64,000 bases of DNA, from NCBI GenBank assembly GCA_963700285.1, contig CAVOXA010000009.1:256001-320000 (forward strand), in the 5' to 3' direction. Of this stretch, positions 1 through 10,485 are shown one piece after another. Position numbers and translations under genes: made by a program. The notes under the pieces were generated by a model that made no database searches, was not told where the DNA came from, and was given only the letters and a program-made list of their open reading frames with translations. This DNA is from an uncultured Chloroflexia bacterium. GTDB lineage: Bacteria; Chloroflexota; Anaerolineae; JAAYZQ01. The stretch's first letter is position 1. Each line of letters begins with the position of its first letter.

Positions 1-251
1 CTAGCCTTGGAGCCGATGCGGAGCGTGGCGCCTTGTCCAGCCTGATCAGGGTACGAGACCGTCACACTCTGTCCATCGACTGCATCCACATCATACCATT
101 CGTACACGGCCCTCGGCTCCCACAGTGTCTGTCCCAGGGCAATGGCCTCCTCGGCATCCTGGAGCAATTCTGGCCGGATCTGCCGTTGGCCCCGTGATTC
201 GACGATCTCTTCAGCGGCTACAGAAACCGGTACGTCGGTCAAGATTGGCAT
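1..251 (-). CDS. Partial CDS (runs off window edge), possibly a B12-dependent methionine synthase activation-domain-like protein
   Basis: Manual translation MPILTDVPVSVAAEEIVESRGQRQIRPELLQDAEEAIALGQTLWEPRAVYEWYDV...; ATG at 251 with GGAGA RBS; the 'EPRAVY' pattern recalls stand-alone MetH activation domains (family recall only). Confidence 0.5.
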   Translation of the reverse strand, partial: MPILTDVPVSVAAEEIVESRGQRQIRPELLQDAEEAIALGQTLWEPRAVYEWYDVDAVDGQSVTVSYPDQAGQGATLRIGSKA

Positions 252-426
252 CGCATCTCCCATTCTAGTTCTCTTCCACTATTTGCCAGGCATTCGCGGC
301 ATTGTACCACGCTTTTCCGCTCAGCAAAAATGTCAGGTTGGTCAAATCTGGACTACGGGTGTATAATACGGGGCCTCCCGCCCGGTTGGAGGAGCAGGAG
401 TCTGGCAACTGGAAAGGGAACCCCTG

Positions 427-1251
427 GTGGAATCAAAACCCAAGGATCTGCAGCAACCCGCACCGCGCTGGCCCAAGCTAACGGTGGTAGTCGTAGTCCT
501 GGCGGTCATGGTCATCCTGTTGGCCATCGTTCTTTCCCCTGCCTCGCTGCTGGGCAAAGCGGACCGGGTGGGCTATGCAGTCTGCCATCAGATCCCGGAG
601 CGGTCCTTTGTCCTGGCCGGGCGCCCACTGCCCCTCTGCGCGCGCTGCACCGGAACCTTTCTTGGCGCCACCCTGGGGTTGGCAGTCATGCTTCTCCTGC
701 GACGCGGGCGTGCCTCCCGCATGGCGCCTGCCTCAGTCCTGTTTGTCCTGATCCTTTTCATTGGCTTATGGGGTTTTGATGGCTTGAACTCCTACATGAC
801 GCTCTTTCCAGGCGGACCGAACCTCTACGAGCCGCAGAACTGGCTGCGGTTGACCACCGGCCTGCTCAACGGCCTGGCGCTCATCATCTTTGTCTTTCCA
901 ATATACAATTTTACGCTGTGGCGGGAGCCGACCGATGAACGGGTGATCAGGAGCATCTGGGAGTTGATGGCCATCCTACCCGTGGTCGCCCTGCTGGTTC
1001 TGGTCATCCAGGCAGAGATCGGTTTCTTGCTTTACCCCTTGGCCATCCTCAGCAGTCTGGGGGTCTTGATGCTGCTGGTACTCATCAACTCCATGCTGGC
1101 CGCCGTGATATTGGGGCGTGAGGGCTATGCCCTGACCTTTCGACAGGCCCTGGTTCCCCTCACGGTGGGGGCCGCCATGGCCATCCTGGAGATTACCGCC
1201 ATCGTTCTGTTCCGAGACTATTTGACAGCCAGGTTTGGACTGCCCTTCTGA
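427..1251 (+). CDS. DUF2085-family membrane protein
   Basis: CHQxPxRSF...PLCARCTG motif and several hydrophobic helices. Confidence 0.85.
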   Translation: MESKPKDLQQPAPRWPKLTVVVVVLAVMVILLAIVLSPASLLGKADRVGYAVCHQIPERSFVLAGRPLPLCARCTGTFLGATLGLAVMLLLRRGRASRMAPASVLFVLILFIGLWGFDGLNSYMTLFPGGPNLYEPQNWLRLTTGLLNGLALIIFVFPIYNFTLWREPTDERVIRSIWELMAILPVVALLVLVIQAEIGFLLYPLAILSSLGVLMLLVLINSMLAAVILGREGYALTFRQALVPLTVGAAMAILEITAIVLFRDYLTARFGLPF

Positions 1252-2318
1252 TCTTCTTTCCCGGTTCCGTCCCGGGAGGCTGCGAGAACGGCTCGGAAGA
1301 GGCGCGCCGGACTCTCGCGGATCCAGACAAAAGCCAACAGTGTGTCGATCAGGGTAAAGACCAGCACAAAGGCCCGCCGGCCAATGACAAAGATGGTAAA
1401 CTGGTCCAGCGAAAGACCAGCCAGGCCCAAAACAGCCGCCCAGCCCCCTTCCAGGAACCCCAGGGAGCCAGGCGTAACGGAAAAGATCAGGGCCAGTTGG
1501 GTCACACTCACCCCCATGGCCAGCAAATACCAGGGGATGTCAAGCTTCAGGGCATTGGCGATAAAGATCAGCCGCGCGGAGAGCAGGCCATACAGCAGGA
1601 TGGTCAGGAGGAAGGCCTGAATGGCCACTCGATTGGGCAGGATCCTTCTGTTGGTCACCTGATCCAGTTGCTGGGGCAACCTATGGGCGAATCTGGGGCC
1701 GATGATCGGCACCCGGGCCAGGGGATGGGCCAGGCGAGAGCCGGTCCGGCCCACCAGGCGTAGGGTCGCACCATACCGCAGGCCAATCACTATTGCCCCG
1801 ACGATCACAGTACTGGCCATGAGGACAAAGGCTACAGTCAGGCTGATCCCATTTGCCAGGAAAAGGGCCACCGGCAAGACCAGCAGCAGGGCCAGAATCA
1901 GGTCAAAGAGTTTGTCCACGAACACGGACAGGGCCGATTGACGCAGCGAGACGCTGCGCGAGAGGCTGAGGGCCACGGGACGCCCGCCCAGCATGCCCAC
2001 CGTGATGGGCAGCACCTGGCCCGTTAGCATGCCGATCATCTGATAGGTAAAGTAGTAGCGGAACGGGCAGGGCTCAGAAAAGTCGATCACCTGGTTGGCA
2101 ATGAGGGACCAACGATAGGTGGCTACCAGATTCCATAGAAGTGTAACCACAAAGGCGGCGAACACGTAGCGCCAGTCCGCCCGAACAATCACTTGCCAGG
2201 CCTCAATCCCCCCCAGGTACAGGATCAAGCCAAAGACCAGCACACCGGACAGGTTGATCACCCAGGACAGGATCCGGTTACGTTTCTGGTTCTTGGTACG
2301 TCCAGGCTTCTCGCTCAA
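1218..2318 (-). CDS. Lysylphosphatidylglycerol synthase TM-region / UPF0104 flippase-like membrane protein
   Basis: RW motif, 'VDKLFD', 'TPGSLGFLEGG'; probable TTG start at 2318 behind GAAGGGAAG; convergent overlap with the DUF2085 gene. Confidence 0.8.
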   Translation of the reverse strand: MSEKPGRTKNQKRNRILSWVINLSGVLVFGLILYLGGIEAWQVIVRADWRYVFAAFVVTLLWNLVATYRWSLIANQVIDFSEPCPFRYYFTYQMIGMLTGQVLPITVGMLGGRPVALSLSRSVSLRQSALSVFVDKLFDLILALLLVLPVALFLANGISLTVAFVLMASTVIVGAIVIGLRYGATLRLVGRTGSRLAHPLARVPIIGPRFAHRLPQQLDQVTNRRILPNRVAIQAFLLTILLYGLLSARLIFIANALKLDIPWYLLAMGVSVTQLALIFSVTPGSLGFLEGGWAAVLGLAGLSLDQFTIFVIGRRAFVLVFTLIDTLLAFVWIRESPARLFRAVLAASRDGTGKEDQKGSPNLAVK

Positions 2319-2440
2319 ATATCGCTTCCCTTCTGTTGTCAGGTAAACTGATGCAGTGTACCACAGAACCAACGATCGCGCACATTGCCATTCCGGGTTG
2401 AACATAAGGACAACCACAGTGCTGGAGTCCCACGACGCAA

Positions 2441-2469
2441 TTGACCAGCCCGACAAAGAGTGCTAGAAT
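2441..2469 (+). promoter_or_regulatory. Sigma70-type promoter of the kinase gene
   Basis: TTGACC-17 nt-TAGAAT. Confidence 0.6.
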
Positions 2470-2522
2470 TGCTCCCGTGCATATCCAGGGGAATTCGAAA
2501 AGAACGTTCTGCGAGAAGTGAC

Positions 2523-4163
2523 ATGCTCAACATCGAAGGGCAATTAGAGCAAAAGACAGCTCAGCTCGCGGCGTTGCGTGAAATAGGCCGCGCCATCAAC
2601 ACCGCCTGGGAACTGGAAACTACGCTGACCCTGATCACCCGCCGCACAGCCGATGTCATGGGCATGGACTCTTGCTCCATCTACCTGCTGAGTGATAAAG
2701 GCGAAGCGAGCGGTGAGATCCTGGTGCTCAAGGCCACCACCGGACTCGCGGCCAGTGCGGTTGGCAGGGTCTACCTGCGGCTGGGCGAGGGCCTAACGGG
2801 GTGGGCGGCACAGACCGGCCAGCCGGTTGCTGTGGCCGACGCAGCCCAGGATCCGCGTTTCCAATACCTTCCCGAGACGGAAGAAACTCGCTTCCAGTCC
2901 TTGCTGGCTGTGCCACTGGTAAACCAGGAGCGCGTGATAGGCTCCATGAACGTCCAGACGCGAGAATATCACGAATTCTCCTCCGACGAGGTGGAACTGC
3001 TCGGCCTCATTGCTGACCTGGCCGCCGGGGCGCTAGAGAAGGCAATGCTCTACGAGGGCATGCAGCGTCAGATCGGTGAACTCTCCGCCCTGGCCGAGGT
3101 GAGCGAGACGATCACCTCCCCCCGCTACCTGGACGAGATGCTGGAAGTTGTCGTCGAAATGGCCGCTCGCGTCATGAAGGCGCGTCTCTGCTCGCTGATG
3201 TTGCTAGATGAAGCCAGCGGCGAACTGATCCTGCGGGCGACTCAACCCTGGAGCATCGCCTACCGCGACAAGCCGCCCCTGCACGTCGGCGAGGGGGTCG
3301 TGGGACAAGTGGCCAAAGAAGGACAGCCAGTGGCTGTCCTCGACGTCCGCCAGGAACCCCGCTACCGCCATTCCGACATCGCCCGGCAAGAAGGGCTGTG
3401 TTCGCTACTCTGTGTCCCTCTTTCCGTCCGCGACCGGGTGATCGGCGTCATGAACTGCTATACGACCGCGCCCCACCGCTTTTCCAGCGAGGACATCTCG
3501 CTCTTTTCCACGCTGGCCAACCAGACCGCGCTGGCCATTGAAAACGCGCGCCTGGTGACCAACGCGGCCATCGTCCGCGAGATGCACCACCGCATCAAGA
3601 ACAACCTGCAGAACGTGGCCATGCTGCTCCGCCTGCAGATGAGCGCTGAGCGACCTATTTCGGCGCGAGAAGTGCTGAACGAGAGCATCAACCGTATCCT
3701 GAGCATCGCTGCCGTTCACGAGGTACTCTCTCATCGCGGCTTTCGGCTGGTAGACGTCAAGGAAGTACTGATGCGCGTGGGCCAGGCGGTGGTCCAGAAC
3801 ATGCGCCGGCCCGGCCTGGAGATCCATTTTTCTGTCGAGGGTGACGACGCCGCCCTTCCCTCTCAGGCCGCTACCTCGCTGGCCCTGGTCGTGAACGAGC
3901 TGGTTCAGAATGCCTTGGAGCACGCCTTTGTTGGCCGCTCTCAGGGTCAGGTTTCCGTTTCTCTGCAGCATTCAGGCAAAGACCTGGTCGTTGAGGTCCG
4001 GGACAATGGTATGGGCCTATCCGGCAGCCTGTCCAGTCACCTGGGATTAGAGATCGTCGAAACACTGGTTCGCGAAGACCTACATGGCGATTGGGCATTA
4101 GGTGAGGACAATGGCACCGTTGCCCGCGTGACTCTGCCCCTGGGAGAGGAATCCTCACGCTGA
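2523..4163 (+). CDS. Soluble GAF-GAF sensor histidine kinase (HisKA_2, PdtaS/EutW-like)
   Basis: Two GAF repeats (…SLLAVPL…, …SLLCVPL…), H-box EMHHRIKNNLQ, N-box NELVQNALEHAF, DNGMG; no TM helices. Confidence 0.9.
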   Translation: MLNIEGQLEQKTAQLAALREIGRAINTAWELETTLTLITRRTADVMGMDSCSIYLLSDKGEASGEILVLKATTGLAASAVGRVYLRLGEGLTGWAAQTGQPVAVADAAQDPRFQYLPETEETRFQSLLAVPLVNQERVIGSMNVQTREYHEFSSDEVELLGLIADLAAGALEKAMLYEGMQRQIGELSALAEVSETITSPRYLDEMLEVVVEMAARVMKARLCSLMLLDEASGELILRATQPWSIAYRDKPPLHVGEGVVGQVAKEGQPVAVLDVRQEPRYRHSDIARQEGLCSLLCVPLSVRDRVIGVMNCYTTAPHRFSSEDISLFSTLANQTALAIENARLVTNAAIVREMHHRIKNNLQNVAMLLRLQMSAERPISAREVLNESINRILSIAAVHEVLSHRGFRLVDVKEVLMRVGQAVVQNMRRPGLEIHFSVEGDDAALPSQAATSLALVVNELVQNALEHAFVGRSQGQVSVSLQHSGKDLVVEVRDNGMGLSGSLSSHLGLEIVETLVREDLHGDWALGEDNGTVARVTLPLGEESSR

Positions 4164-4226
4164 TGGGCGAAGGTCTCCTCCCTGATGGGCAAAGGTCTCC
4201 TCCTTGACGGGCGAAGGTCTCCGGCC
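4161..4226 (+). repeat. Three tandem 22-bp repeats
   Basis: TGATGGGCGAAGGTCTCCTCCC / TGATGGGCAAAGGTCTCCTCCT / TGACGGGCGAAGGTCTCCGGCC starting at 4161, 4183, 4205. Confidence 0.85.
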
Positions 4227-4291
4227 GAGCCCTTTTACCCACTGGGGTGAATCCTTGAACAATCCCACCATCACAAACACTTGGAGCGAAA

Positions 4292-4855
4292 ATGCGCGTA
4301 TTGATTGCCGATGACGAAGCCCTCATCCGCATGGGGCTGCGAGCCATGCTCCGAGATATGGGGCACGAGGTTGTGGGTGCCGCAGTCGACGGCCAAGACG
4401 CTCTGCGGCTTGCCTGCCAAACCTGCCCCAGCTTGGCCATTCTGGACATCAAGATGCCAGGCATGGATGGTCTGAACGTGGCAGCAGCCATTGCCCAGCG
4501 CTGCCCCTTGCCGGTCGTGATGCTGACCGCCTACAGCGAGCGCGATCTGGTCCAGAAAGCAGCAGAGACCGAAACGGTACAGGCTTACCTGGTCAAACCC
4601 ATTCGCGAAGAAGAGTTGGCCCCCGTCATCGAACTGGCTGTGGCCCGCTTTGCCGAGTGGCAGGCCCTACGGCTGGAAGCTGCCAGTCGTCAGGAGGCCC
4701 TGACAGCACGCGCCACCGTGGCTCAAGCCAAACAGATTCTCATGGATCGCGACGGGCTGACCGAGCGCCAGGCATTCCTGGAGATCCAGCACCGCGCCCG
4801 CCGCCAGCGCCAGACCATGCGCCAGGTAGCAGAGGTATTGCTGCGGGCGATTTGA
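4292..4855 (+). CDS. ANTAR-domain response regulator (PdtaR/EutV/NasT-like)
   Basis: Receiver DD, LDIKMP, MLTA, VKP; C-terminal ANTAR 'VAQAKQILMDRDGLTERQAFLEIQHRARRQRQTMRQVAE'. Confidence 0.93.
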   Translation: MRVLIADDEALIRMGLRAMLRDMGHEVVGAAVDGQDALRLACQTCPSLAILDIKMPGMDGLNVAAAIAQRCPLPVVMLTAYSERDLVQKAAETETVQAYLVKPIREEELAPVIELAVARFAEWQALRLEAASRQEALTARATVAQAKQILMDRDGLTERQAFLEIQHRARRQRQTMRQVAEVLLRAI

Positions 4856-4880
4856 CATTACCCCGATCCTGTGATATAGT
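4852..4880 (+). promoter_or_regulatory. Sigma70 promoter of the glutamate-synthase-like operon
   Basis: TTGACA-17 nt-TATAGT; the -35 overlaps the regulator's stop codon. Confidence 0.8.
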
Positions 4881-4892
4881 CTTGCCAGAACG

Positions 4893-4952
4893 GTGAGCCG
4901 CGCCATGGCGTGGTTCACAAGAACAAGCAAAGCATTGGGGCCGTGAAGCCCT
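4893..4952 (+). promoter_or_regulatory. Putative ANTAR-target dual stem-loop RNA leader
   Basis: P1 GTGAGCCGCGC-CATG-GCGTGGTTCAC (alternative register CGC-CATGGC-GTG hexaloop); P2 GGGGC-CGTGAA-GCCCT; both hexaloops have G at position 4; P2 overlaps the terminator 5' arm. Confidence 0.7.
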
Positions 4953-4996
4953 TGGTGCTGAACCAGCCTGGTTCAGCGCCAAGGGCTTTATTTTTT
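4946..4996 (+). terminator. Intrinsic terminator inside the leader
   Basis: AAGCCCTTGGTGCTGAACCAG...CTGGTTCAGCGCCAAGGGCTT (~20-bp stem) followed by TATTTTTT, ~25 nt upstream of the start codon. Confidence 0.88.
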
Positions 4997-5020
4997 CAGC
5001 CACGATCCAGGAGAGAGTTG

Positions 5021-7543
5021 ATGACCGGGCGCTATCATATTCACACCAAGCCAGCTCCACCAGACTTCACCTACCCAGCCAAGTTCCGGCTGGGCGAAGG
5101 CGACGATTACGTCAAGTATGGCCATGCCCCCTTTGAGCAAGGTCGCCGCGGGGGCGATCCACACTGGACGGCCGAGGTTATCAGCCAGACTTGGTATCAA
5201 GCCGAGACGGGTCGTATTCCCATCTCCGGCGCGGGCTACGGGGGTGCTTTTTCCGGCCCCGGATTCGACGGCATCTGGCTTGACATGTCCGAGATCGTCC
5301 GCCCTACCCGCGACGGGATCCACGGGCGCGAGTATATCTCCACGACAGTGGTCCTCGGACAGCGGCCGGCCGGCCTTTGCTTCGACGCGACGGGTCAACT
5401 GGTCTCGCAGATTCCACCGCAGGTCGAGATCCCCATCCCCACAATATTTGACCCGCTTCCGGTGCCGCTACCGGGAGACGGCGCCCAGTTGGCCGTGGTC
5501 CGCGCAGCTGCTCAGTTGGGGACACTGGCCCTGGTCCGGACCGAAGAATGGATCGACGGGCTCCAGGGCTATGCCGAGGCCATCGTGCCCCTGCTTACCC
5601 TCGATGACGATCCCAGGGCAGAGCGGCTGCGGGCGGCGCGAATGATCGAGATCGACGCCGAGTTTGATGAGAATATGGATGCGGTACTGGCATTGGCGCG
5701 CCAGATCCGGGCAGACTATCCAGCGACAGTGGTCGCCGTGCGGCTGGCTCTGGGTCCCGAAAGCCCGGCACAGGTGGAGGACTTGGCTGCCGGCGGTGTT
5801 GGGGTGGTCCACCTCTGCGCCGACGAGGGCGGCTATGAGCAGAGAGGTGACGCTCCGCGCTTTCTGTCCGATGCGCTGCAGGACGTCCACCAAGAGCTGG
5901 TGGAAGCAGGCCTGCGCGACCAGGTAACGCTGGTCGTGGGCGGTGGCATCGCTGCCGCTGAGCACGTGCCCAAGGCACTGGTCTGTGGCGCCGACGCTGT
6001 GGCCGTGGACTTTGCCCTGCAGGTCGCGCTGGGCTGTGCGTTGTGGGCCGATGTTCGGCGTCCTTGCCCGGTCGAGGACGCAGAAACCAACGTCGAGTTC
6101 GGTACCCAACGCATCGTGAATCTGATGGCTGCCTGGCGCGACCAGCTTCTGGAGGTACTGGGCGCCATGGGCATGCGCGAGGTCCGCCGTTTGCGGGGTG
6201 AGTTGGGCCGGACCATTTTCCAGAATGGGGAAGAGGAGGAATTCCGCAGCCTTTTTGGACACACAATCGCCGGGCACCCAGAGGCGGCGCCCCCTGAACC
6301 AGGCGATGGCGAGTTGGAAGGCGACCTGCGCTGGCCGACGCCCCTCATCTTGAGCACTGCGGAGCAGGGACGTACCGGACGGCCACCGGTCGCAGGGCTA
6401 GAGTGCCACGTGGGCCGCTCCGGCGGCGGCTTTGACCGCCTCCGCTTTCCTTTCGAACTGGAAAGCGACCGGAGCCTCAAGCCCGAAGCCCGAGTTGCCG
6501 GACTGCCTGGCCAGCAGTTTCCTTCTCTCGCCCTTGACCTGAACCGTCGCGATGCCACCCGCCCCCGCATCCAGATCCCCCATCCCTGGTACGGCGCGGG
6601 GATGTCCTTTGGCTCAGTCAGCGTGCAGACCATGCTCGCCCGCGCCTGGGCGGCAAAGTACTGGGATTCATTTACCTGCACCGGCGAGGGCGGCTATCCC
6701 GACGAGCTGATTCCCTACGCCGATCACATCATCACCCAGGTGGCCACCGGCTTGTTTGGCGTGCGCGAGGAAACGATCCAGCGGGCGCGCATCGTCGAGT
6801 TCAAGTACGCCCAGGGCGCCAAGCCCGGCCTGGGCGGCCACCTGCTGGGCAGCAAAGTCACCCCGGCCGTGGCTGCCCATGCGCGAAGCGGTAGTGGGCA
6901 CCAGCCTCTTTTCGCCCTTCCCCTTCCACAGCGTCTATTCCGTGGAGGACCACAAGAAACACGTGGACTGGATCAAGACCATCAATCCCCTTGCTCTGAT
7001 CTCGGTCAAGGTATCCACCCCCACCGACGTGGACATGGTGGCCGTCGGCAGCTACTATGCCGGGGCGCACATCGTCCATCTGGACGGCGCCTACGGAGGG
7101 ACTGGAGCCGCGCCGGAGATTGCCAAAAAGAACATCGCCATGCCCCTGGAGTACGCCATCCCCAAGGTACACCGCTTTCTCGAAGAAGAGGGCATCCGCG
7201 ACGAGATTGTGCTCATGGCTTCTGGCGGTGTACGCACGGCCTATGACATCGCCAAGGCCATCGCCCTGGGCGCTGACGGCTGCGTCATCGGTACCGCGGA
7301 TCTCATTCGCCCTGGGCTGCGTCCGCCTGGGCACCTGCGAGCGAGAGAACGGCTGCCCCTTTGGCATCACCACCACCGATCCCGAACTGGCCAAGCAGGT
7401 AGATCCCATGGAAGGCGGGCACCGGATCGCCAATCTATACACATCGTGGCGCATCACAGATCGCAGATATCCTACAGAGGCTTGGGTTGCCGAGCACACG
7501 CGACCTGCGGGGAAGGACCGATCTGCTGGTCTATCTTGCATAG
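5021..7543 (+). CDS. Glutamate synthase-related protein with two tandem FMN-binding (GltB2/GlxD-like) domains; frameshifted in this sequence
   Basis: RBS GGAGAGAG then ATG 5021. Domain 1: 'GGGIAAAEHVPKALVCGADAV', 'QLLEVLGAMG'. Domain 2: 'GMSFGSVS', 'TGEGG', 'QVATGLFGV', 'KYAQGAKPGLGGHL', 'DGAYGGTGA', 'CVRLGTCERENGCPFGITT'. Frame changes near 6878, 7305, 7460; ends ...LRGRTDLLVYLA* at 7543. Confidence 0.82.
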
Positions 7544-7613
7544 GAATCTGAGATTGCATGACGCAACACGCCTGGCATCATGTATAGGAAAACGCTGACT
7601 CGGAGCTGAAACC

Positions 7614-10288
7614 ATGAACCCACTCACAATCGCCGATCGCATCATTGCTTCGCGCCGGAGCCTGGTGTATGGGCGTCCTGCGCCGCCCATACACAAAGCC
7701 ACTGCAAGAAGGAGGCTGTGGCGTTGTTGGGCTGGCCGCCTCGGTGCCGGTGGCAGGCCGGCACCTGATGGCCCCTGCACGACAGATGCACAACCGGGGC
7801 AACGGCAAAGGGGGCGGCATCGCTGCCGCCGGGCTGTCCCCTGCACAGATGCGCGTCTCACCGGAGACGCTCCAGGCATGCCACGCTGCTCCAGGTTGCC
7901 TACCTGGATCCTCGATGCTCGCGCCGAGGTCGAGCAAAGCGCCATCCTGCCAGACCTGTGATGTACTGCAGGCCTACGCCGTACCCACGCTGGACGACCA
8001 CCGCGATGTGCCGGGGCTGGAGGTCAGGCCTCCGGATGTGTGGCGCTACTTTGTCCGGGCCAAGCCCGGCGCACTGGATCGCTTTCGCCGACGAGCATGA
8101 CCTGGAGGCTCTGGCGGCCCGACAGGTCGAGGACGAGTTCGTCTACCGCAACAGCTTCCAGCTCAACCAACGCTTCTACGCCAGCCTGGGCGAACAGCGG
8201 GCCTTTGTCCTCTCCCACGGGCGGGACCTGCTGGTCTTCAAGATCGTCGGCTATGCCGAGCAGGCGGCAGCCTACTACCTGCTGGAGGACCTGAAGGCCC
8301 ACGTCTGGATCGCCCACCAGCGCTACCCCACCAAGGGACGGGTCTGGCATCCGGGCGGCGCACACCCGTTCATCGGCCTGAACGAGGCACTGGTACACAA
8401 CGGCGACTTTGCCAACTATCACGCCGTTGGCGACCTACCTGCGACAGCGAAACATCGCCCCGCTGTTCCTGACCGATACCGAGGTCAGCGTGCTGCTCTT
8501 TGACCTGCTGGACCGCGTCTACGGCTACCCGCTGGAAGCCACCATCGAGGCGCTGGCGCCCACCACAGAGCGCGACTTTGAACTGCTGCCCCCAGAGAAG
8601 CAACGCCTCTACCAGGCGGTTCAGGCAACGCACCTGCACGCCTCGCCCGATGGGCCTTGGTTCTTTATCATCGCCCGCAGCCAGCCCGACGACCAGCAGT
8701 GGCAGTTGCTGGGCATCACCGACACCTCCATGCTGCGGCCTCAGGTCTTTGCCCTCCACGAAGGCAAGGTCCAGATCGGTCTCATCGCCTCTGAAAAGCA
8801 GGCCATCGACGCCGCCCTGGAGAGCCTGGCCGCCGAGGATGAGCGGATCTGTCCCGTGGCCGATCGCTACTGGAATGCGCGAGGCGGAAGCCACACCGAC
8901 GGCGGCGCCTTTCTGTTCACTGTCAGGCAGACTGCCCCGCGTCAGGCCGCTCAGAATGGGCGCGGACGAGAATTGATTGTGACCGACAAGTTCGGGGAGG
9001 AGGTCACGACACCGCTGGACCAGATCCACAACAATCCCAGTACCGCGACGCTGTACCCTCCCGTTCTGACTTGGACCGCGGGGGCACAATTCTTGACGGG
9101 CGGCCAGGAGCCCTCCAGTTGGGTCGTGGCTGGCCCCGAGGGAATTGCCGCCGCCTGGCATTGGCTGTGCCTGGAGATCCAGGCATGGGACTATGGTCAA
9201 TTGACCTGGTTCTGCGAGCGAATGGTAGCGCTGGCGTCCACCACTGCGGCACCACTGAACGGTGAGACCTGGGGATTTGTCGTGGGCCTGCTCACCCGGC
9301 TACGGGATCGGTCAGTACGATCCCGGTGCAAAGCGACGGGCCTCGATCCTGGCTATGGTGGACCGTACCCTCAGGTCCATCTTTGACACCGTGCCATTGC
9401 TGGCGGCCAGTGGTACAAGCCCTCTGCGACGTGTGAACTGGGAGACACGGGTCACGCTACGCGGGCCGCGTGATGCCGAGACGGTATTGGTACTAGATGC
9501 CTCCCGCTACCCGCCCGAGGGGGATGATTCGGCGGCCAGACTCATCGTCACAGCAGCCAGTTTGGGCTGGCGGCGCCTGGTCACCTACAATTGGCGGGGC
9601 GGACGTTTTTGCGGCTGCGGGCTGGGTCCGGGAAGCGAAGGGGTACGCATCGACGTCTATGGTTCCAGTGGCGACTACTTGGGCTCCGGTCTGCAGGGAG
9701 CCGAGGTCCACGTCCATGGCAGCGCCCAGGATCAGGTCGGCCAGATCCTCAAGGTCGGCAAGCTGGTGATCCATGGGGACGTGGGACAGACCTTCATGTA
9801 CGGAGCCAAGGGTGGGGAGGCCTACGTGCTGGGCAATGCAGCCGGCCGGCCGCTGATCAACGCTGCCGGCTGTCCCCGGGTGGTGATCAATGGTACCTGC
9901 CTCGACTATCTGGCCGAGTCATTCATGGCTGGCAGACCCGCTCAACGGCGGCGGCTTTGTCGTCCTCAATGGCATGGCCTTTGACGCCCACGGACAGATG
10001 GTAGCCCAGCGGACGCCCTATCCTGGCGGGAACCTCTTTTCACTGGCTTCGGGCGGGGCCATTTATCTCCGAGATCCCTACCACATGGTGGTTGAGGACC
10101 AACTCAATGGAGGAGCCTTCACACCCATGACTGAGGCCGACTGGAACTTGATGGTGCCCTACCTTGAGGAGAACGAGCGCCTGTTCGGGATCGCGGTAGA
10201 GTCGCTACTTACGGTGACAGGCAAGATTAGACGGCCGGAGGAGGTCTATCGCAAGGTAGCAGCCGTACAGTTGGAGGCTCTTGCATAG
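7614..10288 (+). CDS. Glutamate synthase-related protein: class-II glutamine amidotransferase domain fused to a GXGXG (GltB C-terminal) domain; frameshifted
   Basis: EGG|CGVVG Ntn nucleophile, 'MHNRGNGKGGG', 'AHQRYPT', 'GAHPF', 'VHNGD', 'TDTE', 'LRP'; C-terminal GSSGDYLGSG/GDVGQTFMYGAKGG beta-helix repeats; reconstructed from about 7 overlapping ORFs. Confidence 0.82.
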
Positions 10289-10485
10289 ACCACAGGGTAC
10301 CATGGGCTCACGCCCACCTTGGCTGGAAGCTCCCATCCGCTTGTGGTCGGGTTTCTACCTTCCAACAACAGCCCTTCAAGCGCAGCTACACGAATGGGCA
10401 TTGTGCCCGGGGTACGACCCCCATGCTTTCACGAGCTATTATGGGAAGGGATGGCCTGCAGAATGCCGCACTGGCACACTTTTGG

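Noticed and set aside
4161-4226. Mini-CRISPR array
   Set aside because: The repeats abut without spacers, and there are no cas genes.
4910-5020. N-terminal extension of the ORF-track 778-aa protein
   Set aside because: This stretch is the RNA leader and terminator; the RBS supports ATG 5021.
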